A stretch of DNA of 64,000 nucleotides from Patescibacteria group bacterium (GCA_040384805.1 JAZKIP010000008.1:36749-100748); one strand, 5' to 3'; counted from the stretch's first letter, positions 51,544 through 61,738 are shown. Made by a program: numbers and translations. The notes: generated from the letters alone by a model not told the origin.

Positions 51544-52911
51544 TTATTTTATACACACGTTCTTGATATTGACGAATTCTTTGATGCCGTAAGCCGACAG
51601 TTCCCTTCCGTAACCCGATCTCTTCACCCCTCCGAACGGCATACGGATATCGGATTTGACGAATCTGTTGACGAAGACATTCCCTGCTTCGATTTGGGGA
51701 ATAAGGCGTTTGATTAAATCGCGATCTCTCGTAAAGAATGCCGCTCCCAAGCCATAAGGATTGTCATTGGCGATCATGATCGCTTCCTCGACAGTAGTAA
51801 ATTCGATTATGGAAAATACGGGTCCGAAGATTTCCTCATCATAAGCGGGCATGCCTTTCATCACACCTCGCACAATAGTCGGCATATAAAAATACCCTTT
51901 TCCCTCGGGGCGTACGCCGCCATATGCAATCCTTGCTCCTTTCTGTACCGATTCATCGACTTGGCGCATGACATCGGCAAGACCCTGCTCTGTCGCAAGA
52001 GGGCCCACATCGGTTGCAGAGTTCATCGGGTCGCCAACAACAAGAGTACTTAATTTTTCCGCGAGAAGCGCGGTAAATTCTTCGATAACATCAGAATGAA
52101 TGACGAATCTCTTCGCTGCGATGCAGCTCTGTCCCGTGTTATCCTGGAGTCGTGCATAGAGAGCATTCTCGACTGCTGAGGCAATATCAGCATCCGAAAA
52201 AACGATAAAGGGATCAGTGCCGCCAAGTTCGAGGACCGTTTTCTTGATCTCCTCGCCTGCGATCCGAGCGACGTCGCTTCCCGCCTTTTCGCTTCCGGTA
52301 AGAGTGACTGCCGCGACGCGCTTGTCCCGGATGACTTTCTCCACGCGCGCGGCCGAAAGGCGAAGATTCTGAAATACACCTTCCGGAAATCCGCAGGCAC
52401 GGAAAGATTCTTCGATCGCCTGTGCGCATTGCGGAACATTGGACGCATGCTTAAGAAGCGCCACATTGCCTGCCATGATCGCAGGGGCTGCGAAGCGGTA
52501 CACCTGCCAGTAAGGAAAGTTCCACGGCATAACGGCTAAAACAGGGCCAAGCGGATCAAATCTGACATATCTTTCCTCATCAGCGGTCGGAAGCTCTTCA
52601 ATCGACAATATTTTCTCAGTATTCTCGGCATAATATTCGCAGACTGACGCGCATTTCTCAACGCTCGGCTTGCCTGAAGAGAACGTCTTGCCCATTTCGA
52701 TTGTCTGCAATTTCGATAATTCGTCCGAATGCTTGCGCAGGTATTTCGCAAGCGTTGTCATAAGACGCGCGCGTTCCTGATATGTCGTATTCCTCCATAG
52801 CTTGAATGCAGAGTCGGCTAAAGATAATTTAGACTCAAGTTCATCATCTCTGATTTCTTCAAATACTTCGAGGACCTCTTCCGTTGCCGGGTTTTTTGTC
52901 TGTAGTGCCAT
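51544..52911 (-). CDS. NAD(P)-dependent aldehyde dehydrogenase, succinate-semialdehyde dehydrogenase-like
   Basis: ALDH family, with glutamate-active-site-like LELGG and Cys region QSCIAAKRF. Start placed at the internal ATG 52911 (MALQTKNPATEEV), typical of GabD-like N-termini. Confidence 0.8.
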   Translation of the reverse strand: MALQTKNPATEEVLEVFEEIRDDELESKLSLADSAFKLWRNTTYQERARLMTTLAKYLRKHSDELSKLQTIEMGKTFSSGKPSVEKCASVCEYYAENTEKILSIEELPTADEERYVRFDPLGPVLAVMPWNFPYWQVYRFAAPAIMAGNVALLKHASNVPQCAQAIEESFRACGFPEGVFQNLRLSAARVEKVIRDKRVAAVTLTGSEKAGSDVARIAGEEIKKTVLELGGTDPFIVFSDADIASAVENALYARLQDNTGQSCIAAKRFVIHSDVIEEFTALLAEKLSTLVVGDPMNSATDVGPLATEQGLADVMRQVDESVQKGARIAYGGVRPEGKGYFYMPTIVRGVMKGMPAYDEEIFGPVFSIIEFTTVEEAIMIANDNPYGLGAAFFTRDRDLIKRLIPQIEAGNVFVNRFVKSDIRMPFGGVKRSGYGRELSAYGIKEFVNIKNVCIK

Positions 52912-52918
52912 AGGCTTA

Positions 52919-54595
52919 TTATAGTGTTTGAATCTCTTTGCGCAATCCCTCTCCCAGAACTTCGACATTATGGGAATAATCAACTGGACAATCGATTATA
53001 TGAATGCCTTTTGAATTAATCGCCTGCCTCAGAATGGGAGCAAGGTCCTCTGCGTTTTTAATTTTATAGCCCTTCGCTCCGAAGCTTTCCGCAAGTATGA
53101 CGAAATCAGGATTCGAAAAAGCAAGTCCGAAATCAGGCAGTCCCATATCGCGCTGTTTCCATGAGATCATGCCGTAACCAGAATCGTTGAGAATGAGTAT
53201 CACAAGATCAAGACCCAGTCTTTGCGCTGTTTCGATCTCGGCGACATTCATCATGAATCCCCCGTCGCCCGCAACCACCAGCACTTTTTTGTCAGGATTC
53301 AATAATTTCGTCGCGATGCCCACAGGCAAGCCCGCCCCCATGGTCGCAAGAGCATTGTCGAGAATCACGCTATTTTGTTCAAACGCCCTGTAATCGCGGG
53401 CAAACCAAATTTTGTACATGCCGTTATCAAGAGAAAGTATGCCGTCGTGCGGCATGATTTTTCTGACATCAGAGACAAGACGCTCGGGCCGCACAGGAAA
53501 AGAGGTATAAGTATCGGAAACGAGAATACTCTTCTCGTATGAGTTGCGAACACTTCTAAAATATGAAAAATCCCATGAAAGGGGCACCGTGATCGACTCT
53601 GTTATCTGCCAGAGCGCATTGGAAATATCGCCGACTATCTCATGGGTCGGTATGTATACTTCATCAACGTCAGCTTGGGAGAAATTAACATGGATGATCG
53701 TTTGCATATCCCGTGTCAGGATGGCGGGAGGCTTTTCATTGATATCGTGACCAATGACGATGACCGTATCGGCAGATGAAAGAATCTTATGGACATAGTC
53801 GCCGCCTGAAAGGGCAGTCGTCCCCATATAAAGCGGCGAAGTTTCATCTTCGACTCCCTTTCCCATCTGGGTCGTTATAAAGGGAATCGATGTTTTCTCA
53901 AGAAATAGTCGCAGTTGCTTGCGAACGAGCTTGCGATTAGCTCCCGAGGCAAGAAGGATAACAGGGTGCAGGCTTTTTTCGAGAGCATCAACGACTATTT
54001 TGATCGATTTCTCGTCAGGAACAGGACGGCGGATTTTCTCCTGCACGATCGGCTCCCCCTCGGCCGCTTCAGAAGCGATATCTTCCGGCAGCTCGATGTG
54101 AACGGCGCCCGGCCGCTCGCTCTCGGCGATCTTGACCGCCTCGCGGACGATGCTTGCCACCCGGTCGGGACTTTTGATTGTCGTCGTATATTTCGTAAGT
54201 GGCTCCATCATGCGGACAGTATCGATAATCTGGAAGAGCCCCTGCTTGCTTTTCTTAAGCGGTTTCTGCCCTGTTATGACGAGTATTGGCATGCCGCCCA
54301 ATTGAGCATATGCGATGCCAGTCATTAAGTTCGTCGCCCCAGGCCCAAGAGTTGAAAGAGCCACGCCGATCTTCCCTGTCAGGCGTCCTACAGCCGCTGC
54401 CATAAAGCAGGCTCCCTGCTCATCGCGCGTAATGATCAATCGTATGGATGACTCCCGGATCGCTTCGAGAAACACCAGATTCTCTTCTCCGGGCACCCCG
54501 AAAATATACTGAACGCCTTCCTTTTCAAGGCATTTAACAAAGAGTTCTGCTACATTATTTCCTTTGATATCTTTCATAGGATAATTATCGCACAC
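52919..54595 (-). CDS. thiamine-diphosphate-dependent enzyme, acetolactate-synthase-like (2-oxoacid decarboxylase/carboligase family)
   Basis: N-terminal PYR domain GNNVAELFVKCLEKEGVQYIFGVPGEENL, middle domain, and C-terminal PP domain with the ThDP-binding motif GDGGFMMN. 558 aa. Confidence 0.8.
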   Translation of the reverse strand: MCDNYPMKDIKGNNVAELFVKCLEKEGVQYIFGVPGEENLVFLEAIRESSIRLIITRDEQGACFMAAAVGRLTGKIGVALSTLGPGATNLMTGIAYAQLGGMPILVITGQKPLKKSKQGLFQIIDTVRMMEPLTKYTTTIKSPDRVASIVREAVKIAESERPGAVHIELPEDIASEAAEGEPIVQEKIRRPVPDEKSIKIVVDALEKSLHPVILLASGANRKLVRKQLRLFLEKTSIPFITTQMGKGVEDETSPLYMGTTALSGGDYVHKILSSADTVIVIGHDINEKPPAILTRDMQTIIHVNFSQADVDEVYIPTHEIVGDISNALWQITESITVPLSWDFSYFRSVRNSYEKSILVSDTYTSFPVRPERLVSDVRKIMPHDGILSLDNGMYKIWFARDYRAFEQNSVILDNALATMGAGLPVGIATKLLNPDKKVLVVAGDGGFMMNVAEIETAQRLGLDLVILILNDSGYGMISWKQRDMGLPDFGLAFSNPDFVILAESFGAKGYKIKNAEDLAPILRQAINSKGIHIIDCPVDYSHNVEVLGEGLRKEIQTL

Positions 54596-54646
54596 TAAGG
54601 AAGAGCCGGCAAAAAGGCATTTCCTTACAAAAGAATAGCATCCGGC

Positions 54647-55186
54647 CTATGATGCCCTTCCGGCCTTTTTGTCATTATAAATACCCTGCCCAGAGAGGAC
54701 ACTCTTGATGTTCTTGCTCATCATCATTATTCTTCCGAGGATCGCGCCGGTTGCAAACGTAAATGTAAAAGCTGTCAGTACCGGCCCATGCAGCCATAAT
54801 CCGAAGATCCACCGCCGTGCAATGGAGAATCCTATATAGAGTATAAGAATAATGATGCCGATGCGATCAAGCCGCGCGACAACTTTCGCAGTTTCTTCAT
54901 GCCACGATATATGAAACATCCGGCCGGCGGCATACCCGACCGCAAGTCCGAAGACGAATCCTCCGATGATTAGAAACGGATTAAAATCATGGGTAACAAC
55001 GTCGTATAGTATAAATCCGAGAAGCGCTACAAATATGACAATAAACATATTCAGTCGTCGTCGCAGGCTTTTATCTATATGTTTTTTGGCAAACTCATTC
55101 CTTCCTTTGAGAATATTTTTGACAATCATACGAATATAATAGCATGATACATTAAAAATTAAGCTTGACGCACCTTTTAAAGACAA
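54647..55186 (-). CDS. hypothetical membrane protein
   Basis: 3-4 TM segments. Likely start at the internal Met MIVKNILKG. No motif. Confidence 0.4.
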   Translation of the reverse strand: MSLKGASSLIFNVSCYYIRMIVKNILKGRNEFAKKHIDKSLRRRLNMFIVIFVALLGFILYDVVTHDFNPFLIIGGFVFGLAVGYAAGRMFHISWHEETAKVVARLDRIGIIILILYIGFSIARRWIFGLWLHGPVLTAFTFTFATGAILGRIMMMSKNIKSVLSGQGIYNDKKAGRAS

Positions 55187-55261
55187 GAGGGCGTATACAT
55201 ATACGGTTCGAGATTATTAGTTAATTTTAGAGTAGTTTTAGAATCACATACAAAAAAAATT

Positions 55262-55912
55262 ATGACAAAAAAATCAACACTTATGGCATTAGCGGCGGTT
55301 ATTTTCACCGCTTCGGTCCTCGGATTCAGCACGACAGCTATCGCGGAAGGAAAAGAATCGTCACCATCATGGAAATCAAGCCAAGGTCATATCAAAAATT
55401 ACCTCAAACATGCTCCCGGAGTTATGGGAACGGTCACATCAGTCAACGGCGCCATAATCACCATTGCGGGCAAGAATAACACGACATATGCAATCGATAC
55501 GACAGGCGCGAAGATTTTCAAGAACCGCAATACTGTCATTACGATTGCCGATATAAAAGTCGGTGACATCATTATGGCTCAGGGAACGGTCAATGGAACG
55601 AATGTAACGGCAACAACCGTTTTTGACGGTAAGCCGATCATCGGCAAGAGAAATCAGGGCAACTTTCCGGGAGTGATGGGAATCGTCACGGGAATTTCCG
55701 GAACAACGATTTCTCTTACGGCCAAAGACAATACTCTCTATAGCATTGAGACGACGTCCGCAACGGTCATTGAAAAAGGCATACCTCCTGTTAAGACACA
55801 GTTATCCGAGATAGCGGTCGGTGATACCCTCATGATTCGAGGCGTGGTCAATGGAACACATGTCACCGCAGAGAAAATCTTCGATGGGAAATTTACGAAG
55901 AAAACCCGATAA
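55262..55912 (+). CDS. secreted protein with two DUF5666-like beta repeats
   Basis: Signal peptide MTKKSTLMALAAVIFTASVLGFSTTAIA. Two similar repeats (GVMGTVTSVNGAIITIAGKNNTTYAIDTTGAKI and GVMGIVTGISGTTISLTAKDNTLYSIETTSATV), each followed by a GTVNGTNVTA-like segment. Confidence 0.5.
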   Translation: MTKKSTLMALAAVIFTASVLGFSTTAIAEGKESSPSWKSSQGHIKNYLKHAPGVMGTVTSVNGAIITIAGKNNTTYAIDTTGAKIFKNRNTVITIADIKVGDIIMAQGTVNGTNVTATTVFDGKPIIGKRNQGNFPGVMGIVTGISGTTISLTAKDNTLYSIETTSATVIEKGIPPVKTQLSEIAVGDTLMIRGVVNGTHVTAEKIFDGKFTKKTR

Positions 55913-55943
55913 CTTACCAGCGATTTCAAAAAAACTCTATCAC

Positions 55944-55987
55944 AAAAAAAACGCTCTCCGGCCACTATGACCGGAGAGCGTTTTTTT
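55944..55987. terminator. bidirectional rho-independent terminator
   Basis: A8-acgctctccgg-ccactatga-ccggagagcgt-T7 between convergent genes. Confidence 0.7.
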
Positions 55988-55998
55988 GTGATGAGATA

Positions 55999-57105
55999 TT
56001 ATTGCGTGGTTTTAACCGACTCGATATCCCCTCGAACAGTACCATATTGATTCTGAGCAATGAGACGATAGTAGTATCGCGTATCATTTTGCAGACCGCT
56101 AATCGTTGCCTGAACGTTTTTTGTATCAGTCGAGGACTGGATGATCTGCTTGGTCGTACCGCTTCCGATCAGATTGCCAAGCAAAGAATCTTGGCTATAT
56201 TCGAACCAATAATTCGTATCAGCTCCATTGGCTGTAACGCGGCCGTTGAGACGGGCTGAATCATCACTTACATTGCTTGCCGCTGTCGTTTCTACTGTTG
56301 GCGCTGATGCATTTACGGGACCTGCTGTCGTAAAGTTTTCCATAGGACCGTTCACGGTTCCGTATTGATTCTGACCATTGAGGCGGAAGTAATATTTGGT
56401 CAACGGTTCAAGTCCTGATACGTCGAAAGAAACGGACGTAATACTTGTTCCGCTGCCGGCTGACTGTAACGATGTGACAAACCCGAAATTATTTTCCTTG
56501 CCGTATTCAAACCAATAGGTAGTCGGATTGCCGTTCGGATTAACTTCACCCTTAAGCGTTGCCGTCGTACGGACGACATTTGTCGCATCATTGGTGCGAA
56601 TAGTCGGCGCCCGTCCAGTGACCGGCGGAGTTGTATTCGTATTGAATGTATACGTGGCGCCATTGACAGTCGCAAAGCTGTTCTTCGCGCTCAATCGGAA
56701 ATAGTAAAGAGTGTTAGCTTTCAGGCCTGTGATATAGCCTGGGGTTGCCAGAAGAGTAAATCCTGACCCGATTCCCTGGGCGCTCGTCCGCGCGCCGAGA
56801 GCTGTTGTCTCTCCGTACTCGAACCAGTATGTCGTTGAAGCACCGTTAGGCCGCACGCTTCCTGTGACGCTTGCTGTCGATGAGGATGTCGTACTTGCCT
56901 TCGTTGTTTGTACAAGCGGGGCATCAGGCTTGGTTGTAGCAAGTGGCGCAGGCGTCGTATCTTTAACATCGGTCTTAACATCCCCGGGAACAATTAAAGA
57001 CGTATCCTCTTTGACGTCTGACATGTCTCTTGATTTTGAGACAAAATATCCGATTCCGATAATAACGATGATAACGAGTATTGCAATAGTTGTGTTTTTA
57101 TTCAT
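55999..57105 (-). CDS. membrane-anchored surface protein with three FN3-like repeats (TYWFEYG...YYFRL motif)
   Basis: N-terminal TM, then three repeats each containing NPNG..TTYWFEYG and LxxxTxYYFRLxAxNxxGTVxG. Confidence 0.5.
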   Translation of the reverse strand: MNKNTTIAILVIIVIIGIGYFVSKSRDMSDVKEDTSLIVPGDVKTDVKDTTPAPLATTKPDAPLVQTTKASTTSSSTASVTGSVRPNGASTTYWFEYGETTALGARTSAQGIGSGFTLLATPGYITGLKANTLYYFRLSAKNSFATVNGATYTFNTNTTPPVTGRAPTIRTNDATNVVRTTATLKGEVNPNGNPTTYWFEYGKENNFGFVTSLQSAGSGTSITSVSFDVSGLEPLTKYYFRLNGQNQYGTVNGPMENFTTAGPVNASAPTVETTAASNVSDDSARLNGRVTANGADTNYWFEYSQDSLLGNLIGSGTTKQIIQSSTDTKNVQATISGLQNDTRYYYRLIAQNQYGTVRGDIESVKTTQ

Positions 57106-57219
57106 AAAAATGGCTAAACTGATAATGATTGATATATTCGACTTATATCAAGTATAACACTTTAAAATTTTATCAAGGGAGAAGTTATGCACCCTGAAAA
57201 TCCTGTTTTCATTTTCATA

Positions 57220-57537
57220 TCATTTAAGTCCCATAACGATATCATAAAAATTCTTGATCCTGTCTTTACTGTCTATTTCAATTCCTTCTTTTTTATAGAG
57301 TTCTAATCGTTCTTTCCTTCTCTTACGATCAATCCAGATCCGGCCGTCTGCATAGACGATTCTGTGGAATGGGATATTTTTCACTCCGCTTTTCGATGCC
57401 TTGTCGAGAATCGACGTGATGCTTTGCGATGCCATGCCGCCTGCGCCTGCCGCGCGCGCAATCCGCCCATAGGTCGTAACTTTGCCTTTAGGGATCGATA
57501 ATGCGATTTTCACAACACGCTCGCTGAATGTTTTCAT
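57220..57537 (-). CDS. alkyltransferase-like protein (MGMT-family DNA-binding domain with catalytic Cys replaced by Phe)
   Basis: KGKVTTYGRIARAAGAGGMASQSITSILDKASKSGVKNIPFHRIVYADG: the MGMT C-terminal domain with PFHR where MGMT has PCHR. Start at the internal ATG 57537 (MKTFSERVV). The ORF track start at 57711 adds a hydrophobic extension. Confidence 0.65.
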   Translation of the reverse strand: MKTFSERVVKIALSIPKGKVTTYGRIARAAGAGGMASQSITSILDKASKSGVKNIPFHRIVYADGRIWIDRKRRKERLELYKKEGIEIDSKDRIKNFYDIVMGLK

Positions 57538-57614
57538 ATAAAGCTTATTATAACTCTTTACGACAAGAAACGGAGGGGTATAATAAAAATATATCAATAA
57601 AAGATATATTTCAT

Positions 57615-58469
57615 ATGAAAAAGAAAAGACGACCATCGCAAAAACAAAATACACGACCCGGACTCCAATGGAAAATGACACCGAAGCCCAAAAGCGACAA
57701 GGATACAACAAAGAATACTCCCCGCTTAGGCGGCAAAGTGGCGCTCATAACAGGTGGCGACAGCGGGATCGGCCGGGCTATTGCGATCGCCTTTGCCAAG
57801 GAGGGGGCATCAATCGCCATTTCATATCTGCGAGAACACGCTGACGCCCGGGAGACGAAACGGCTCGTGGAAGAATACGGGAAAGAGTGTCTCTTGATTC
57901 CGGGAGATATCGGCACGAAAGCATTCGCACGGCAGGCAGTCGGCAAAACAATAAAAAAATTCGGCACACTTACTATTCTCGTTAACAATGCTGCCGAACA
58001 GCATCCCCAGAAATCAATCCTCGATATCACGGAACGCCAGCTTGAAAAAACATTCCGGACGAATATTTTCGCTATGTTCTTCATGACGCAAGCAGCACTA
58101 CGCTTTCTTAGAAAAGGGAGCGTCATCATCAACACAGCATCAGTGACAGCCTACAGAGGAAGCGAGGAACTACTGGACTATTCCGCAACCAAGGGAGCGA
58201 TCGTTTCTTTTACCAGATCTCTTTCAGGGTCGCTTATAAAAAAAGGCATCAGGGTCAATGCTGTCGCCCCGGGTGCCGTCTGGACGCCGCTTATTCCTTC
58301 GACATTTCCGCGAAAGAAAGTAATGAATTTCGGCACGGATAATCCGATGATGCGCGCAGGAGAACCTGCGGAGATCGCTCCTGCATATGTGTATCTTGCT
58401 TCCGATGATTCGTCGTTTATGACAGGACAGGTACTTCATCCGAACGGCGGAGAAATTATCAATGGATAA
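57615..58469 (+). CDS. SDR-family NAD(P)-dependent oxidoreductase
   Basis: TGGDSGIGRA (cofactor-binding motif), NNAA, and catalytic S...YxxxK (YSATKGA). ATG at 57615. Confidence 0.85.
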   Translation: MKKKRRPSQKQNTRPGLQWKMTPKPKSDKDTTKNTPRLGGKVALITGGDSGIGRAIAIAFAKEGASIAISYLREHADARETKRLVEEYGKECLLIPGDIGTKAFARQAVGKTIKKFGTLTILVNNAAEQHPQKSILDITERQLEKTFRTNIFAMFFMTQAALRFLRKGSVIINTASVTAYRGSEELLDYSATKGAIVSFTRSLSGSLIKKGIRVNAVAPGAVWTPLIPSTFPRKKVMNFGTDNPMMRAGEPAEIAPAYVYLASDDSSFMTGQVLHPNGGEIING

Positions 58470-58470
58470 T

Positions 58471-59640
58471 TTATTTATCCGCCTTTCTCTTCCAATATTT
58501 TTGTCCTTTTAATTTCTCAGGAAGAAGATCTTCCGTGGTGTATTTTTCGTATCCCTTATGGTAGCCGAGGTCTTTCATGAGTTTTGTCGGAGCATTGCGG
58601 ATGCTCATTGGAATAGGCAGATTACCGTGTTTCTTAGCATCTTCCATGGCGGCAAGATACGCGTAGTATGCTGCTTTGCTTTTCGGAGCTTCCGAAAGAT
58701 ATATCACACCATGCGACAAATTGATCCCTGCTTCGGGATATCCAATCGTCTCAACTGCCCGAAAAACGGCATTGGCAAGCGGCAGCGCATGCGGATCTTC
58801 CATGCCGATGTCTTCGGAAGCGAATATCACCATGCGCCGCGCGATGAATTTCGGATCCTCACCGGACTCGATCATACGGGAAAGATAGTAGAGCGCAGCA
58901 TCAGGCTGGCTAGCCCGCATGCTTTTAATAAATGCAGATATCGTATTGTAGTGCTCGTCCCCTTTCTTGTCGTACCGCAGGTATTTCGATTGCAGGGTCT
59001 GCTTGAAATTCAGAAGAGTAAGATCGCCGTAGAGGCGAACGGTATTTTCGATCATGGCGATCATCTGCCGCGCATCGCCGCCTGACATCGACACGAGCCA
59101 TTCCGACGCCTCATCAGCAATCTGATATCCGGTTCTTCTGATAATCTCGCGCATATTATCTTCGTTTAATTCTTCAAGAACAAAAACACGGCAACGCGAT
59201 AAGAGCGCGGGAATCACTTCAAACGATGGATTCTCCGTCGTCGCTCCGATAAGGAATAATTTCCCCGATTCAACGGCAGGCAGAAGATAATCCTGCTGAG
59301 CCTTGTTGAAGCGGTGTATCTCGTCAAGGAATAATATCTTCGGGCCGAAGAGATCTCCGCTCCCCTCGATGATCTTCCTGATATCATCCTTGCCTGCCGA
59401 TACCGCCGAAAGCTCGTGGTATTCGGTATTGAGAGCCTTCGCATAAATGCGGGCAAGGGTCGTCTTGCCGACGCCGGGCGGTCCCCAGAGGATGAACGAG
59501 AAAAGATGCTTCTCTTCGATCGCTATGCGAAGCGGTCCTTTCTTGGTGTCCTTCTTTTCATTACCTGGACCGACAAGATGTTCTTGCCCGACAAATTCAT
59601 CCAGATTCTTGGGTCGTATTTGTGATGCCAATGGTTCCAT
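58471..59640 (-). CDS. rarA: replication-associated recombination protein A (RarA/MgsA AAA+ ATPase)
   Basis: Walker [10 protein letters not shown], Walker [16 protein letters not shown], sensor and arginine-finger region, and a C-terminal MgsA domain. 389 aa. Confidence 0.9.
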   Translation of the reverse strand: MEPLASQIRPKNLDEFVGQEHLVGPGNEKKDTKKGPLRIAIEEKHLFSFILWGPPGVGKTTLARIYAKALNTEYHELSAVSAGKDDIRKIIEGSGDLFGPKILFLDEIHRFNKAQQDYLLPAVESGKLFLIGATTENPSFEVIPALLSRCRVFVLEELNEDNMREIIRRTGYQIADEASEWLVSMSGGDARQMIAMIENTVRLYGDLTLLNFKQTLQSKYLRYDKKGDEHYNTISAFIKSMRASQPDAALYYLSRMIESGEDPKFIARRMVIFASEDIGMEDPHALPLANAVFRAVETIGYPEAGINLSHGVIYLSEAPKSKAAYYAYLAAMEDAKKHGNLPIPMSIRNAPTKLMKDLGYHKGYEKYTTEDLLPEKLKGQKYWKRKADK

Positions 59641-59665
59641 AGTTCCATTATACTCCTCCTGTCAA

Positions 59666-59697
59666 CGAAAAAAGAAAAGCCGTCACGACGGCTTTTC
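59666..59697 (-). terminator. rho-independent terminator
   Basis: Minus strand GAAAAGCCGUCGUGACGGCUUUUC followed by a U-run. Overlaps the stop of the zinc-ribbon gene. Confidence 0.55.
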
Positions 59698-59994
59698 TTG
59701 GGATGTATTTTGATTATCTCCGGCAGTGCGCCATCGATCGAGTTTCGAAATACCCATTGTAAAGTAGCGCGCCAGGAATTTCGGAATGAACATGACACGA
59801 AGCCTGTCTTTGACCTTTATGATCATCTGATCAAGGGTCAGATCCGGATCGGTAAATGCGCCATTGGCATAGCAATGGCTGCAATACTTCTTAGATTTGG
59901 TGCCGTCCTTGTTAGTACCGCCATAGTCAAGATCCTTCCAGAGCGGCATCCCGCAGCTCTGGCAACAATGGGCTTTGAGTGAAAAATCAAACAT
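59683..59994 (-). CDS. zinc-ribbon domain protein
   Basis: Two CxxC pairs (CQSCG ... CSHCY) near the N-terminus. 103 aa. Confidence 0.45.
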   Translation of the reverse strand: MFDFSLKAHCCQSCGMPLWKDLDYGGTNKDGTKSKKYCSHCYANGAFTDPDLTLDQMIIKVKDRLRVMFIPKFLARYFTMGISKLDRWRTAGDNQNTSQEKPS

Positions 59995-60085
59995 GAGGAT
60001 ATTATTTCAGATATAAAAAATAAATGCCAGTCTACTCATCTGCCTTGACTCTTTATGGACTCCTTCCATTCTCCCATAAGAAGAC

Positions 60086-60814
60086 TTAGCGAAAATCCGC
60101 GTGTTTTTTCGTTGCAGGTTTTCCGGTCGCGGCAACGGCGAAAAAATTCTTAACATAGATCCATCCTGTCTTTATCAGGCCCTCTTCCTTGATTCTCCGG
60201 GCCGAGGTATGAACCACTGCTCCCGGCAAGAATTTCACCTTTCCGAATTTATGAAGGCGTCGGGCAATATCGGTATCTTCCCCATAGAATTCGATCGTCG
60301 TATCAAAGCCGCCGATCGCGTGCAGTGCTTCCTTTCGTGCCGCAAAGTTTCCTCCGACGACAAGGTAGCCGGTACAAAGGTACGTAAGATAGGAAAAGAA
60401 ATGCCAATAAATCCACACGCACAGATGTATGACAAGTGGCACATCCTTGTATACATAGATGCCGCTTGCACAGACGATGCGCTCGTCTCGGGCATAGGCA
60501 GCGATTATTTTCCGTACCCACTTTTCCGTTATTTCCGTATCGGCGTCAATATAGGCGACAATACCGCCGCGGGCTTCATGGAGGCCCCGCTGCCGAGCTT
60601 TCGTCAGACCCTTCTCTCTTTCGCTCACGACCCTGACGCCGGGGAACGACTCGGCGACTGTGCGCGTATTATCAGTGCTTGCATTATCAACGACGATAAT
60701 CTCGAGAAATTCGCCCCTGCAGGCAACGATACTTGCGAGACATGCGCCTATGTATTTTTCCTCATTATAGGCGCAGACCACGAGGCTGATTGAGAGCGGC
60801 GCATTCATATGCAT
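60086..60814 (-). CDS. family 2 glycosyltransferase
   Basis: ISLVVCAYNEEKYIGACLASI, DNASTD and YIDADTE (DxD) motifs. 242 aa with a C-terminal hydrophobic segment. Confidence 0.8.
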   Translation of the reverse strand: MHMNAPLSISLVVCAYNEEKYIGACLASIVACRGEFLEIIVVDNASTDNTRTVAESFPGVRVVSEREKGLTKARQRGLHEARGGIVAYIDADTEITEKWVRKIIAAYARDERIVCASGIYVYKDVPLVIHLCVWIYWHFFSYLTYLCTGYLVVGGNFAARKEALHAIGGFDTTIEFYGEDTDIARRLHKFGKVKFLPGAVVHTSARRIKEEGLIKTGWIYVKNFFAVAATGKPATKKHADFR

Positions 60815-60895
60815 CCATTATATACAAAAAAGCGTCTTTCCGCTTTCTGGGGATAGCTTTCTTCCTTGTTTTTCCTTCTTTGGTATAATTAAAGC

Positions 60896-61738
60896 ATGAC
60901 AAGAAATGCAATTATCACAATCATACTTGCGGTCATCGTCATAGGAGCGATCCTTATCTGGAGCAACAAGAAAGATGTTGTTGATCTGGAAAAAACAAAT
61001 GACCAGGGGCAAGTAACAGATATTAACAATAATGTTTCAAATAATAATGGTTCAACGGTCTTAAGCGAGTCAGAGTCGGCAGTCCGAACAAAGGTCATCG
61101 AATTCGGGCAGAAACTCAAGAATGTATCGATACTCGCCGCTGATTATCAAAATCAGGTGCAAGTACAATACGGGTCGTATGTAAGCCCTTCTCTTATCGC
61201 CGATTGGAAGGCGGATTCAAAGCTCGCCTTGGGCAGAAGCACATCGAGCCCATGGCCTGACAGGATCGAGATCACAAAAGTCACCAAGAAAAATGACACG
61301 ACATATACGGTCGAAGGCAATGTCATTGAAGTAACTATGGACAAACAGGCTACACCGACAGCTATGTATGGCGTCACTCTGACCGTACAGAAGCTCAACG
61401 GCGCGTGGTATATAAACGCAGTTACAAAGGGCCCGTATAACCAGTCCGTATCGTCGACAGAGCCGGTGAGCGTCGACGGCGTCTGGGAATGTCTGCCTCA
61501 TAAGGTTACAACAGGACCTCAGACAATGGAGTGCGCATTCGGCATCAAAGCTGCAACCGGCGATGTCCATTATGCGCTTAATCTTGGATCGTTTGAAGGG
61601 TCGTTCAATACGACTCCGACCAACGCCCGAATCCATGTTGAAGGAACTCTTATTCCGCAAAATGCATCCAATGCAAGCATGTGGGAAAAGTATGCCATCA
61701 AGGGAATTATCCAAGTTACAAGCATCAAGAGACTGTAA
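60896..61738 (+). CDS. hypothetical membrane-anchored protein
   Basis: N-terminal TM (IITIILAVIVIGAILIW), an Asn/Ser-rich linker, then a predicted beta-rich extracytoplasmic domain. 280 aa. Confidence 0.45.
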   Translation: MTRNAIITIILAVIVIGAILIWSNKKDVVDLEKTNDQGQVTDINNNVSNNNGSTVLSESESAVRTKVIEFGQKLKNVSILAADYQNQVQVQYGSYVSPSLIADWKADSKLALGRSTSSPWPDRIEITKVTKKNDTTYTVEGNVIEVTMDKQATPTAMYGVTLTVQKLNGAWYINAVTKGPYNQSVSSTEPVSVDGVWECLPHKVTTGPQTMECAFGIKAATGDVHYALNLGSFEGSFNTTPTNARIHVEGTLIPQNASNASMWEKYAIKGIIQVTSIKRL

